Program-made: the position numbers and the translations under genes
Part shown: one piece after another, positions 46,270 to 61,451 of the stretch
Layout of the letters: each line of letters opens with the position of its first letter
How positions within the stretch are numbered: the first letter of the stretch is position 1
Source: Eledone cirrhosa
Taxonomy: Eukaryota
DNA length: 64,000 nucleotides
NCBI GenBank assembly: GCA_964016885.1
Contig: OZ024742.1
Coordinates: 204,290,001-204,354,000, forward strand
Direction: 5' to 3'
Notes under the pieces: generated by a model
Told to the model about the DNA's origin: nothing
The model's input: the letters and a program-made list of their open reading frames with translations, nothing else
Databases searched by the model: none

Positions 46270-47425
46270 ATACGTTATTCCGGGTTGAATCGGAGGTAAC
46301 CGCAGTAAGTAAGGTACTCAATACATTGCAGAGTATAAAACGAGACGACGGCCTCTTCGACCTGCACAAGGTTAACCCTAGAACCACCGATGGGTTTCGG
46401 AAAAACGTAAGCTCATTCTTCTCTAATCTAGGATTTAGTATAACTATAGAATCCAATTTGACTAGGGCCAACTTCTTGGATGTCACTCTCGACCTAGATA
46501 CTTCCCTCTATTACCCGTACCACAAACCTAACGAGTCCCTTAGATATATTAATGTTAATTCAAACCAACCCCAAAACATCACTGATAACCTAGTAAAAAG
46601 CGTCTCTATTAGAATATCTGGCCTCTCCGCCAACAAAGATATTTTTAACGCCTCTGCCCGTAGTGGATTTAAAGAAAAGATGACCTACCTAGAAACCACC
46701 GCAAGATTGCAGAGGAGGAATAGGCATAGGCATATTAGCTGGTACAACCCTCCCTTCAATAGAGAGGTCTCTACACCGATAGCTAGGATTTTCTTCACTT
46801 TGTTGAAATCACACTTCCCCATACAACATAAGTACCACACCATCTTTAATAAGAACACAATAAGACTCTCCTACTCCACCACACCTAACCTAGCTAGGAA
46901 TATAGCCAACCACAATTCTAAAAAATTAAATAAGCCAACCACCTCCGAACCCTATCCCCGGATTGGGGCCTTGTGTAATTGCCTAAATAAGGAAGCATGC
47001 CCACTTGAAAACAAATGCCTCACAAATGATATCGTATACAAATGCGATGTCATCTCAGGCACCGATGATTGCAATAACAAAAAAACTTATATCAGCATGA
47101 CCTCCAATAACTTTAAGACCCGTTGGTATGCCCATACCCACTCCTTCAAGAGACCGGACAAATCAAACCAGACAACACTCGCCTCCTATGTTTGGGACCT
47201 CAAAAGGAACTCCACCCCTTCACGCTTAAATGGAAAATACTCCAGAAATCGCGCTCTTACAACGGAGGACACAAGGGCTGCGACCTTTGTATCTCAGAGA
47301 GCTACGAAATTTTATTCGCCAAGGGCCCGCTACTGAACAAACTCTCTGAACACTGCCCGAACTGCATGCACAAGAACTTTGCAAATTTCAAATACTTTAA
47401 GCCAGTGTTAAAGCCCGATGGCTAA
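46270..47425 (+). pseudogene. Naiad-like PLE fragment (RT C-terminal half + GIY-YIG), frameshift at ~47220
   Basis: RDDGL, NFLDVTLDL, YPYHKPN, ISWYNPPFN, CNCLNKEACPLENKC, VYKC, TLASYVWDLK, CDLCISE. Confidence 0.9.
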
Positions 47426-47745
47426 AAACGAACTCCTCCTATTAGCCCCTATACCTCTTTCCCACCCTACCCCCACCCCTCCTCAACCTGAAATAGGGCC
47501 ACTATGGTTATGTGAGTACCTCTTACCTATCTGCATTTTCTGCCTGTAGAGCTGTTTTTATGTCCCTGTGTATATGCGTATATTTATTGAGTACTTATTT
47601 TTTGTATGTGTATACAGTGCGCTATCAATAAAACAGGGAAAAAACCACCAGTGTATGGAATCTATAACCTATGAAAGGCAGACTATAGACACGATAATTA
47701 AAAATATAAATTAAAACGGAAATAAATACATCTATAACTATATAA

Positions 47746-47825
47746 CACACGTACAAATCCAAAGAGATCTGTTTCGCCAGTAATTTGTTGACAGAAATGG
47801 AATAACCTCGGTTCCTCAGCGTGTG
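47746..47825 (-). ncRNA. Type I hammerhead ribozyme with full stem III, family L
   Basis: Reverse complement: CACACG CTGAGGA aCCgAGgTtATT...AATtACTGGc GAAA CAGATC tctttg GATTTG TA CGTGTG. Confidence 0.75.
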
Positions 47826-47919
47826 TAAGGCTATACATTTCAGACAACACTAAGAGAATTTTTAAATTTATCGTAATTTATCGTGATATATAATATATAT
47901 ATATAATTATATATATATA

Positions 47920-47974
<55 letters not shown>

Positions 47975-48053
47975 ATAAAATATATTATATATATATATAT
48001 ATATATAATATATATATAATATATATAATATATTTAATATATATATATATATA

Positions 48054-48159
<106 letters not shown>

Positions 48160-48169
48160 CTATATATAT

Positions 48170-48660
48170 ATATTACTTGAACGTTTTTTACTATTCGATT
48201 TGTGATTTTTTTGCATTCTTGCAAAAATATACACAACTGAATTCATTCGCCTAATATAGGGGTTGCCTCCCTTGCCGATCCCCACAAGGGGTCAGCAATA
48301 GTCAGTCCTTGTATTAACATTGAACTAAAACCTGTTGAGAAAGTGGCTTCCTTGTTCAATGATCTTACCAGAAGCCTGACATTATTTATGTAAGCGGACG
48401 GTACTGATTTAGGAGCCGCAGAAACCCATATACTCCATTTTACCAACCTTCCAGGGGTCCGGGTAAATTTTCAATACCCGAATTACTTGATCGTTTTTTT
48501 TTTGGCTATGCGAATGATTGTTTAACCATCGTCAAAGTGTGTTTGGCCTTTAACGTTTGTTATAGCTCTGGTTCATCTAAATCATTGAGCACTTGCCGCA
48601 CATCTCGGAGGTTGTTTTTCGTTATTTCGTGGGCCGAAATGCGAATCTCGATAATTTATG
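48170..48660 (-). repeat. Dispersed ~500-bp repeat (second copy 60480-60990), possibly decayed coding sequence
   Basis: Clear colinear homology between the two loci; the minus strand translates to similar peptides (RISAHEITKNNLRDV / RISAQELTKNNFRDV). Confidence 0.7.
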
Positions 48661-48750
48661 TTTGTATATATAATATATATATGTATATATAATATATATA
48701 ATATATATATATAGATAGATAATATATATATATAGATAATATATATATAT

Positions 48751-48847
<97 letters not shown>

Positions 48848-48914
48848 ATAAATTAACGGAGGCATAGGCCCTCGCTATTCCCTGTAAATAATGTGCTCAA
48901 AGGAGAAGAGATCC

Positions 48915-49051
48915 TGAGCTCTTTAAAATACAATATGTTGAAAAGGTAACACACCAGAGATATATTTAGTGCGTTATCAAATTATTGATAACGCACTATA
49001 TATCTCTCTCTGTGTGTTACCTTTTCAACATATTGTATTTTAAAGAGCTCA
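48915..49051. repeat. Palindrome with ~65-bp arms
   Basis: GAGCTCTTTAAAATACAATATGTTGAAAAGGTAACAC...GTGTTACCTTTTCAACATATTGTATTTTAAAGAGCTC. Confidence 0.9.
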
Positions 49052-49104
49052 TATATATATATATTGTATTTTAAAGAGCTCATATATATATATATAATAT
49101 ATAT

Positions 49105-49203
<99 letters not shown>

Positions 49204-49205
49204 TA

Positions 49206-50594
49206 TCCCAACGACTTTCTTTAGCCGTTGCTCGCACCAACCGGAGGTATATGGTCTTTAAAGCGAAGAAATACCGATGATGGTTGGAAGATCACTGATG
49301 AAGGACCACTTTATTCATATGTAACCCATTTGCAACTCCGCAGCACGTTTATTCTCATATTTACACTTATTTTTTTCCCCGCTGTGACCTGTGTATTTCG
49401 TTCTTACTGCTTCCTCTTTCTCTGTATCTTTACCCTCTCTAACAGTCACTCTCTCTGTTAGCCTCTTCCTCACCCTTCACTCATTCACTCTCCGTTACTA
49501 CCTCTCCTCCTCCTCCTCCTCCTCCTTCTTCTTCCCGTTTGACCTGTGCGTAATTCTTTTCTTTCGCACGCTTGGCCAAGCTGATCGGCATTTTTTCTCT
49601 CTCTCGTCTACGATTTCACAGAACTTATGTTTACCGAATTCACAGACTAGACCCCTTCTTCCTCCCGTTAGACATGTGCAAAATTCCTTCCTTGCTCACA
49701 TTTCAACCAGGTTTGATGGTCTTTATTCTCTCTCGCGAACTTATATTCATGGAAATTTTTGGACTTGACTCGCTCTTCCTCACTTTTCGTTGCTTCACCA
49801 TCTTTGTGTGTTTACATTCTCGCTGTTCCCTTTATTTACATGTCCCAACGACTTTCTTTAGCCGTTGATCGCACCAACCGGAGGTATATGGTCTTTAAAG
49901 CGAAGAAATACCGATGATGGTTGGAAGATCACTGATGAAGGACCACTTTATTCATATGTAATCCATTTGCAACTCCGCAGCACGTTTATTCTCATATTTA
50001 CACATATTTTTTCCCCTGCTGTGACCCGTCTCTTTCGTTCTTACTGCTTCCTCTTTCTCTGTATCTTTACTCTCTCTAACAGTCACTCTCTCTGTTAGCC
50101 TCTTCCTCACCCTTCACTCACTCACTCTTGTTACTACCTCTCCTCCTCCACCTTCTCCTTCTTCCCGTTTGACCTGTGCGTAATTCTTTTCTTGGCACGC
50201 TTGGCCAGGCCGGTCGGCATTTTTTCTCTATCTCGTCTACGATTTCACAGAACTTATGTTTACCGAATTCACAGACTAGACCCCTTATTCTTCCCGTTAG
50301 ACATGTGCAAAATTCCTTCCTTGCTCACATTTCAACCAGGTTTGATGGTCTTTATTCTCTCTCGTTCAGGATTTCACCGAACTTATATTCATGGAAATTT
50401 TTGGACTTGACTCGCTCTTCCTCACTTTTCTTGCTTCACCATCTTTGTTTGTTTACATTCTCGCTGTTCCCTTTATTTACATGTCCCAACGACTTTCTTT
50501 AGCCGTTGCTCGTACCAACCGGAGGTATATGGTCTTTATAGCGAAGAAATACCGATGATGGTTGGAAGATCACTGATGAAGGACCACTTTATTC
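49206..50594. repeat. ~640-bp tandem repeat, ~2.2 units, in (TA)n
   Basis: TCCCAACGACTTTC starts at 49206, 49843 and 50484. Confidence 0.92.
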
Positions 50595-50984
50595 TATATA
50601 TATATAATATAGTCTTTATCACTTTATTCATATATATATATATAATATAGTCTTTTAAGACTATACAGAGCATTTGATGTTATTCCAAATTGAAGGATAA
50701 GTGTTTTAAACTATATTTTATCATGAGTTAAAGGTCTATTGATTTTTCCCTGGATTTCACTAAATTCTGTGGAGAATTTATATCCTGATTCTCTTTTGAG
50801 ATGAGTTTGAATTATTTTTCCTAAATCCTACGTTAACTACTTTTCCATCTTGACGTTATAGTCACATATATGTTATAGAATGCTGTTAGCTTCTCGCTAA
50901 AACAATCTCTATACCTCTCATTTATAATATATATATGTATATATAATATATATATAATATATATATATTATATATATATATATA

Positions 50985-51984
50985 TATAGATAGATAATTT
51001 AATATATCTACTAACATAAGCGCACAAATGTACGCTAATGCCAGCAAATACACAGGTTATGTCATAGTACCTAGGTGGTTCAATGCAGGAGGATGCAGAA
51101 CAATAATATAAAAGACGTAAAATAAGAAAATTAAAAAAAAAATTTTAGAATCGGCCATATGACCAGTGGCAGTGAGAATTTTCAGTATCTGGGAATCCAG
51201 TCCTCGATAGCTGTTCCATTTACCGAATTATTATTATTTTTATTATGAGTCCCCAGTGTCCGCGCATTGCCTGGAGACTTGGCTGAGAATAGACCTCCCT
51301 GATGACGCAATGAAATTCTCAACAGTTCATTACGTAACCTGTCTTTATCCCATTGCAGAAACTAATTAGTTGGAGTGAAAATTTAAGTAAGTTAATTTAA
51401 AAAAAAATTTTTTTTTTTAATTTTCTTATTTTACGTCTTTTATATTATTGTTCTGCATCCGCCTGCATTGAACCACCTAGGTACTATGACATAACCTGTG
51501 TATTTGCTGGCATTAGCGTACATTTGTGCGCTTATGTTAGTAGATATATTAAATTATCTATATTTATCTCCAAATCACTGATTTGTCGAGCAAACCTGCC
51601 AAAACCACTTCTAAAAAATTTTTTGGGGGTGTTAGTAGGCGTCTGTCATTTTACCATCCCATTCCTACTGACTAGCCTCTGTGTCACGTGATTGATTCTT
51701 TAGAATCGGCCATATGACCAGTGGCAGTGAGAATTTTCAGTACCTGGAATCCAGTCCTCGATAGCTGTTCCATTTACCGAATTATTATTATTTTTATATG
51801 AGTCCCCAGTGTCCGCGCATTGCCTGGAGACTTGGCTGAGAATAGACCTCCCTGATGACGCAATGAAATTCTCAACAGTTCATTACGTAACTGTCTTTAT
51901 CCATTGCAGAAACTAATTAGTTGGAGTGAAAATTTAAGTAAGTTAATTTTTTTTTAATTTTTTTTTTTATTTTCTTATTTTACG

Positions 51985-51990
<6 letters not shown>
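50985..51990 (+). mobile_element. Family C tandem (~553-bp period) with inverted 5' segment; retrozyme/pLTR-like
   Basis: TTTAGAATCGGCCATATG at ~51144 and ~51698; 50985-51143 is the reverse complement of ~51405-51563. Confidence 0.8.
51295..51375 (+). ncRNA. Type I hammerhead ribozyme, family C (second copy 51848-51926)
   Basis: CTCC CTGATGA c GCAATG...CATTGC a GAAA CTAATTAG TT GGAG. Confidence 0.85.
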
Positions 51991-52030
<40 letters not shown>

Positions 52031-52783
52031 CGTAAAATAAGAAATACATATATGTATACAGACGTACAGTAGTATAGGTACATACATATATACATACATG
52101 CACACATATATATATGTACGTATGGATTCACCGAACATTTATTATAATGCTCGGTGTGTTTGTAAACAAACATCCCGAATTAAGCCGTACAGTGTCTAGC
52201 AACCATCGTTGCTCATTTGTTCAACACTGATAACGTTTCGTTTCGTTTCATTTTTTCCGTTTATGGTTTCGGTACCCCGGCCGATTATCTCACTCGATAT
52301 GCAAATTAGGCTGCTCAGCCGTTAATATGCTTTTTTTCGTTCATTGCCAGAGAACGTCTCTATGAACCACCTAAGAGAACATTAGTCTACGACCTCTTTT
52401 ATACCATAAAAGTGGTTCTGTCTTTGCGCGTAATTGTTTTTCACATCTCCTATTAATGACGTATCTTATTCGTTTTTTTCCTGTTCTTTGCCAGCGAACG
52501 TTTCCACGAACCAAAGTATCGTCTTCCTGTCTTCCTGCGGTTGCAACGTTTTTTGAAATATCCACTTCTGCGTTTACAGATTGACTTTGTTAGTTTCAGA
52601 AGATCCCGTTAAGGTGAAAGCAGCGATTCTTTGCTTAAACTTTAATCTGTTATTTTAATAAATATTTGCTCTACGGTTCTTATATGTTTGATATATATTT
52701 ATCCTTATCGAGCCCTCTTTGGATTTTAGTCTTGAAATTTATTATTATTATTATTAATATATATATAATTATATATATATAAT

Positions 52784-52832
<49 letters not shown>

Positions 52833-52938
52833 ATATATATATATAATATATATATTATATATATATATATATAATATATATTATATATATATTATATAAT
52901 ATATATATTATATAAATAATATATATTATATATATATA

Positions 52939-52970
<32 letters not shown>

Positions 52971-52987
52971 CATATATATATATATAT

Positions 52988-53060
<73 letters not shown>

Positions 53061-53193
53061 ATATTATATATATATATATATATTATATATTTATATATAT
53101 ATATAATATTATTATATATATATAACATATATATATATAACATATATATATATATATATATATAATATATATATATAATAATATTATATATAT

Positions 53194-53258
<65 letters not shown>

Positions 53259-53297
53259 TATATATATATAAATATATATATATATAATATATATATA

Positions 53298-55483
53298 TTA
53301 TGAGTGAGGTCCGGGTGAGCTTAAGAAAGAGCAAGGCTCGGCCCCGGAGAGCAATCTATGACTGGGGAGCTTTCAAGGAAGATGATAAGCTACAGGAGAG
53401 ATTCTCAGTGGAAGTGAGAAACAGGTTTAGTGCTCTGTGTGGAGAGTCAGAGGAGAGAGAGATTGGATGGACTGAGGAGAGTGTCACGAGGAGGTACGGG
53501 CACTTCACCAATGCAGTGGCAGAAGCAAGTGAAACCCTGGTGCCGAGGAAAAAGAACAAAGGGAAGCACGTCAGCTCTGCAAACCCAAAAGTGTGTGCAG
53601 TCAGAGAACATCTGAAGGCTGCCAAGGACCAATTCTATGCTGATACTACGGAGCAGAGGATGGAGACTGTGAGGTGATGAGGGAAGAGCTCTGTACCGCT
53701 TACACTGAGGTCAGAGAGGAGGCACTGATAGAGAAGATCAGAAGTGTGGAGAGAGCGGTTGACAGATCTGGATGTAAGGAGAGCTCGATGATCATCAACG
53801 AGATCACAGGGAGGAAGAGAAGGTGTTCGAGTCAGATCCAGAGAACGGGGCCCGACGACAGGAAGAGGAAATGGCTAGACCATTTTAGGACCCTACTAGG
53901 AGAGCCACCCTCCACAGCACAGAGCAGTGGGTAGATCCGGCGGCTGTTTGAGGAACTGGATGTTGAGACAGAGCCCTTCACCAGAGAGGAGCTTCAGAGA
54001 GCCAAGAAGAAGATCAAGGAGGGCAAGGCTCATGGAGAAGATGGAGTGGCATTAGAGGTGATGAAGAGGTGTGATTTTGATATCATCCTGGGGTTCTGTA
54101 ACGGGGCACTGTAGAAGGGAGTTGCCCCGAATCAGTGGATGATCAGTATCATCGTCCCAGTGCCAAAGAAGGGAGATCTCTCTAACACCAACAACTAGAG
54201 GGGGATCTCACTGACGTCACTTGTGGCAAAGACCCTCAACAGGATGATTCTTAACAGGATCCAGCCTGAGATGGAGAAGAAGCTCAGGGACAACCAGAAC
54301 GGCTTCAGAGAGGGTAGATCAACCACCAGTCACATCCTGATGCTGAGGAGGATATTAGAGGGAGCTAGAGCAAAGTGCCTTCCTGCGGTCATGGTTTTCA
54401 TTGACTTTAGGAAGGCCTTTGATTCTGTGGACCGTTACTGCCTGATGAAGATCTTACAGGCTTATGGAATCCCCAAGAAGATAGTGGACCTGATATCACT
54501 GCTCTACACCAACACAAAGCCCAAGTCATTACACCTGATGGGATGACAGAGTTCTTTGAGATACTGGCTGGAGTGCTCCAGGGAGATACATTGGCTCCCT
54601 ACCTTTTTATCATCGTAGTGGACTATTGTATGCGCCTTGCACTGGAGAAACACCAGGACTCTGGCTTTACTGTAGCACCGGCTCAGAGCAGGAGAGTTAA
54701 GGCGAAAAAGGTATCGGATGCTGAATTTGCCGACGACATAGTTTTGGTGACAAATACAGTGAAGGAGGCAGGGGATTGATGCGGGAGGTTGAGATTGTGT
54801 CGATGAGTGTGGGGCTGAGAATGAATGAGACTAAAACAAAATATCTGGTAGAGAATGTTGAGAAGCCAGAGGGGATCACTAATGCAGGCGGGAAGCGGCT
54901 AGAATTGGTTGAGGGCTTCCTGTATTTGGGAGCAAAGATTGGGAATACGGAAGATGATGTGGTTGAGAGGAAGAGCAAGGCCTGGGCGGCGTGCCACAGC
55001 TTGAGATCGGTGTGGAAGTCGGACCTTCGTAGAGACCTGAAAGGCCGCCTCTTCATTGCTGTAGTGGAGTCTGTGCTGCTGTATGGGTCTGAGACTTTGA
55101 CACTGACCAAGAAACTCACTCAGATGGTGGATGGGTGCTACACGAGAATGTTGAGGATGGCTCTGAACATTAATCAGTATACACTGAGGATGAAAAACTC
55201 AGAGCTGTATGGGAGCATCCCAAAAGTCAGCTCAAAAGTGACACAGAGGAGACTGAGGTTAGCTGGACATGCTCACCGACATCCAGAGTTGACATTGCAC
55301 TCAGTGCTCCTTTGGGAGCCCCTACATGGACACACTAGAAGAGGAAGACCAAGGTTAACGTATGTTGATGCCCTAAGGACAGACACTGGTCTGTTGGAGA
55401 CGCCGGACATGGCAGCGATAATGAGGGACATAGACCGCCGGAGAGAACTCGTCCATGGATCTCGGGAATTTTACCCGCCTTAG
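53298..55483 (+). pseudogene. 5'-truncated copy of the 16915-20214 RTE LINE, with multiple stops and frameshifts
   Basis: Colinear and highly similar to 18023-20214; same 3' end CCGCCTTAG+(AT)n. Confidence 0.92.
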
Positions 55484-55555
55484 ATATATATATATAATAT
55501 ATATATATATAATATATATATATATAATATATATATATTATATATATATATAATA

Positions 55556-55592
<37 letters not shown>

Positions 55593-55612
55593 TATATTAA
55601 TATATATATAAT

Positions 55613-55741
<129 letters not shown>

Positions 55742-55782
55742 CAGGTTTTTAAAATCCAATGCCAATAAATAGACAAGGATTT

Positions 55783-55843
55783 TTTCATTCTGATGATTGA
55801 AAACAAAATCTGTTTGCTTTTAAGAAACCACTGGTAAATGAAA
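55783..55843 (+). ncRNA. Type I hammerhead ribozyme, family M
   Basis: TTTCATT CTGATGA TTGAAAACAAA atctg TTTGCTTTTAA GAAA CCACTGG TA AATGAAA. Confidence 0.82.
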
Positions 55844-55871
55844 TAATTGCCTTATGTTGTTTATTACATAA

Positions 55872-55920
<49 letters not shown>

Positions 55921-56014
55921 GTTCTACATCATCCACTCTCATCTTAGGAACAGTTTTTGATAGCGCTAGTTTGTGATTTAAATTCAGGAATTTTATATTC
56001 TTTGAATGAAAAGA

Positions 56015-56098
56015 ACCTTCTGACGAGAATCTTTCTTTGCAACGAAGGCCGTATGGTCTCCGTTTTATTTTTGGGATTCGAAACCGATCGGTAAAGGT
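56015..56098 (+). ncRNA. Type I hammerhead ribozyme, family N
   Basis: ACCTT CTGACGA GAATCTT [~39 nt] GGGATTC GAAA CCGATCGG TA AAGGT. Confidence 0.85.
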
Positions 56099-56870
56099 AA
56101 CTATAGTAGGTAAAGTCAATTTTTTAAAATTTATTTTGAAACTTTTTCATTATTTACTAAACCTTGTTTATATATATATATAAAGAAAAAAAGATGAAAT
56201 TGAAAATGCTACTGGAGTCCTATTTTTTAAAAAATATATATATAAATAAAGGTAATGCAATAGACATATAAAATATATAAAAAATATAAGGAAATATAGT
56301 TAGGTGTGTGTATATGTATGTATATACACTCACAAATGTACATATATATGTATGTACAAATGCGTGTATATGGTGAAAATGTGTGCGTAAGTACATATAT
56401 GAGGGCAAGTATATTTGTGTATATGTAACCACAAGTACGGATATAATCTAGTTGACACGAATCCAGAAGCAGGTATAAGATACACACATGAGTATGAAAG
56501 CACGCGTATAAACACACACACACGCGCGATCACTTATATGCGGAAGATAAAGGGGGAAGGGAGTGTAATAGTTAAAAGAAAGTGTCATTCTCGATATATG
56601 TATAAAAATGAATCAATATATGAGAAAGAAAAAAAATATTTTTAAATGAAAGAGAAAGTAGTCAATTAACGCTAGAGAAAAGAAAAGAAAAGAAGATACA
56701 CGCGTACATACACATATATCTATAAAAAACATATATCTATAAAAAAATATATATATACACGCAATACTTACAGACAAAAGCGTATGCATGCGTACATACA
56801 TACACAGGATGTACGTATACATATATATACATATCGCCCCATGTATATCTAATCACACGTACGTACGCGA

Positions 56871-56948
<78 letters not shown>

Positions 56949-57439
56949 GCACACATACACACCCATACATACAATACATATATACACACAAACACAAACA
57001 TATTCACGTACAGTGACCCGCTTACACACACACACATAAAAATAAGAATGTTAAAAACAGAGATGTAAAAGCACAGATATAAAAACACATATATATACAC
57101 GCACGCACGCGCGCATACAGAGGCGTTCGTGTACATATACAGAACGTATACACACATAAAGACGCTCAGACATATAGATACAGGGTGTAAAGCAGCCTTA
57201 TGAATAAATGTGTACAAATATAAAAATATAAAATTGGCTGCGAAATAACAGAAAATATCTGGAGTGGAAAACGCAAGTGACCTATGTAATCAGGTAGTAA
57301 AGAAAATAGGGAAGTAAAATGTGGAAAGTGAAGATATTAGGTAAGTGAATCGAAGAATAAAGGGGGGGGTTACTGGTGGATGTGAAGTAAAAATAAAAAT
57401 AAAAATAAAAATAAAATAAAAATAAAAATAAAATTAATA

Positions 57440-57626
57440 ATTGTTTCTACTTTAGGCACAAGGCCAGCAATTACCCAGTGCGTTACTGGTACTTTATTTC
57501 ATCGACCCCGTAAGGATGAAAGGCAAAGTCAACCTCGGCGGGATTTGAACTCAGATCGTAAAGGGACGTAACTATGCTGGAAAGCATGGCGTCCGACCCT
57601 CTACCGATACTGCCAATCCACCGCCC
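57440..57626 (-). mobile_element. SINE family 1, full-length with TSD
   Basis: TAAAAATAAAATTAATAAT on both flanks. Confidence 0.88.
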
Positions 57627-57750
57627 TTAAAAATAAAATTAATAATAAGGTTAAAAATGAAAGTAAATCAGAAAGAGTAGTCTTTAAAGAGAATAATTTA
57701 AGGGAAGAATAAGAGCTTATGGAGGATAAGTATCTGAAAGTGAGTTAAGT

Positions 57751-58045
57751 TTATATGAGCTGGAAAGCAAGTGTGATTTCATGTGTAGGGAAACTGGTGA
57801 AAATTTCTGTCTTTGTATTTAGGCAGGTCTTTGGTGATTTAAGGTTTTGTAAAATCCAATATTTTTCATTTACGCAGAGTGTGCACTTTCTTGTTCCTCT
57901 TGCATATTCTTTCAATTGGTTCAAAATTGACCAATCCAATTTATATTGGATACCTTGGTCTTTCAAATCCCATATTCTGCTAGCCAGAGCTGTTGTGAAT
58001 CTTTTTTTCTGGATGTCGAAAGGATGCGACATGTGAGTAATGAAT
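57751..58045 (-). pseudogene. Naiad-like PLE C-terminal GIY-YIG fragment
   Basis: TTALASRIWDLKD..YKLDWSIL..CTLCVNEKYWIL..LNTKTEI. Confidence 0.8.
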
Positions 58046-58214
58046 TTGTCTTATATATATATTATATATATATATTATATGTGTATATATATATATATAT
58101 TATATATATATTATATATATATATATGTATATATTATATATATATTATATATATATATATATATGTATATATTATATATATAGATATTATATATATATAT
58201 GTATATATTATATA

Positions 58215-58285
<71 letters not shown>

Positions 58286-58326
58286 ATATGTATATATTAT
58301 ATATATATATTATATATATGTATATA

Positions 58327-58375
<49 letters not shown>

Positions 58376-58777
58376 ATATATTATATATATATATATATAT
58401 TATATATATATATTAAATATATATATTATATATATATATATTATATATATATATTATATATATATATATTATATATATATATTATATATATATATTATAT
58501 ATATTATATATATATATTATATATATATTATATATATATTATATATATATATATTATATATATATTATATATATATATATTATGTATATATTATATATAT
58601 ATTTTATATAGACATATTATATATATATATATTATATATATATTATATATATATATATATATTATATATATTTTATATATATATTATATATATAAATATT
58701 ATATATATATTATATATATATATTATATATATATATGTTATATATATATATTATATATATATATGTATTTATATATA

Positions 58778-58838
<61 letters not shown>

Positions 58839-58950
58839 ATATGTATTTATATATATATTATATATATATATATATACATGCTATATATATATATACTTGA
58901 TATATATAATATATATATGTATATATAATATATATATTATATATAGATAT

Positions 58951-59024
<74 letters not shown>

Positions 59025-59114
59025 GGAGTTGAGTTTTATTGTAATACAATAAAGCAATGCAGATTACGGATATGTAGCACTCTGCAGTTTGTAGGACTGG
59101 AGTATAAATAATAT

Positions 59115-59413
59115 ATAAGATCAAAAGATGGATAAAAGAGTTCCATGTATTTTATTATGCGCATTTCAAAAACAAATATCATCATGGAGTAACATTTGCG
59201 TTTTCGTCAGATAAAACAGGGATGCATGATATGAAGGTTAAAACACACTTGTGAATAGTGCAGTTCTAAATCAACATATTCACAAGTGTGTTTTAACCTT
59301 CATATCATGTCTCCCTAATTTATCTGACGAAAACGCAAATGTTACTGCATGATGATATTTGTTTTTGAAATGCGCATAATAAAATACATGGAACTCTTTT
59401 AACCATCTTTTGA
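59115..59413. repeat. Fold-back of family I pLTR with HHRs at 59150-59216 (-) and 59319-59383 (+)
   Basis: TTTAT CTGACGA ... GAAA TGCGCA TA ATAAA; arms ~135 bp with several mismatches. Confidence 0.82.
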
Positions 59414-59438
59414 TGTTATATATATATATATATATATG

Positions 59439-59517
<79 letters not shown>

Positions 59518-59538
59518 ATATATATGTTTATATATATA

Positions 59539-59612
<74 letters not shown>

Positions 59613-59619
59613 TATTATA

Positions 59620-59661
<42 letters not shown>

Positions 59662-59825
59662 TATAGTATATATATGTAGATAAATCTACCAACTATATGA
59701 TATACATACCAACACTAACATATATATCCTAGAAACGATCGTAAAATGATGAATTTTTTAATATAAGGAACTGTTTCTTTGTTTTTATTCATTATTTTTA
59801 TTAATTTATATTATATATATATACA

Positions 59826-59904
<79 letters not shown>

Positions 59905-59921
59905 ATATATATATATACATG

Positions 59922-59963
<42 letters not shown>

Positions 59964-60208
59964 ATATATATATATACATGATATATATATATATATAGTA
60001 ATAATAATAAAATTGAAGACTAAAATCCAAAGAGGGCTCGATAAGGATAAATATATCAAATATATAAGAACCGTAGAGCAAATATTTATTAAAATAACAG
60101 ATTAAAGTTTAAGCAAAGAATCGCTGCTTTCACCTTTAACTGGATCTTCTGAAACTAACTAAGGGTGAAAGCAGCGATTCTTTGCTTAAACTTTAATCTG
60201 TTATTTTA

Positions 60209-60281
<73 letters not shown>

Positions 60282-60289
60282 TATATACA

Positions 60290-60359
<70 letters not shown>

Positions 60360-60364
60360 ATACA

Positions 60365-60449
<85 letters not shown>

Positions 60450-61030
60450 ATATATTGACTGATGAATAGCTTTGTTATATTTAACCATTCTGTCGAGAGC
60501 TTTATTCGATTTGTGATATTTTGCATTCTCGCAATATTATACACAACTGAATTCATTCGCCTAGTATAAGTGTTGCCTCCCTTGCTGAACTCCACGTGGG
60601 TCAGTAATAGTCACACTTATGTATAGCATTGCAGCAAAAACCCGTTGATAACACGACTTCCTTGTTCAATCATCTTACCAGAGGCCTAACATTCTTTATG
60701 GAAGCGGACAGTAATTGATTTATGGAGTCGCAGAAACCTAAATACTGGATTTTACCATCAGTCCAGGGGTCTGTGTAAATTTTCAATAACATATATTTTT
60801 ATTGTTTGACCCGAATTACTTGGTCGTTTTTTTGGCTCTGGGGATGATTAGTTTAACCACAATCTGAGTGTGTTTGGCCTTTAACGTATGTTGTAGCTCT
60901 AATTCATATGAATCATCGAGCGCTTGCCATACATCTCGGAAGTTGTTTTTCGTTAATTCCTGAGCTGAAATACGATTCTCGCTAATTTTATATTTGTATA
61001 TATATAATATATACGGTATGTATAATATAT

Positions 61031-61353
<323 letters not shown>

Positions 61354-61451
61354 TAATATATATGTAGGAGGTGAGTTTTATTGTAGTACAATAAAGCAAT
61401 GCAGATATCGGATAAGAAGCACTCTACAGTTTGTAGGACTGGAGTATACAT

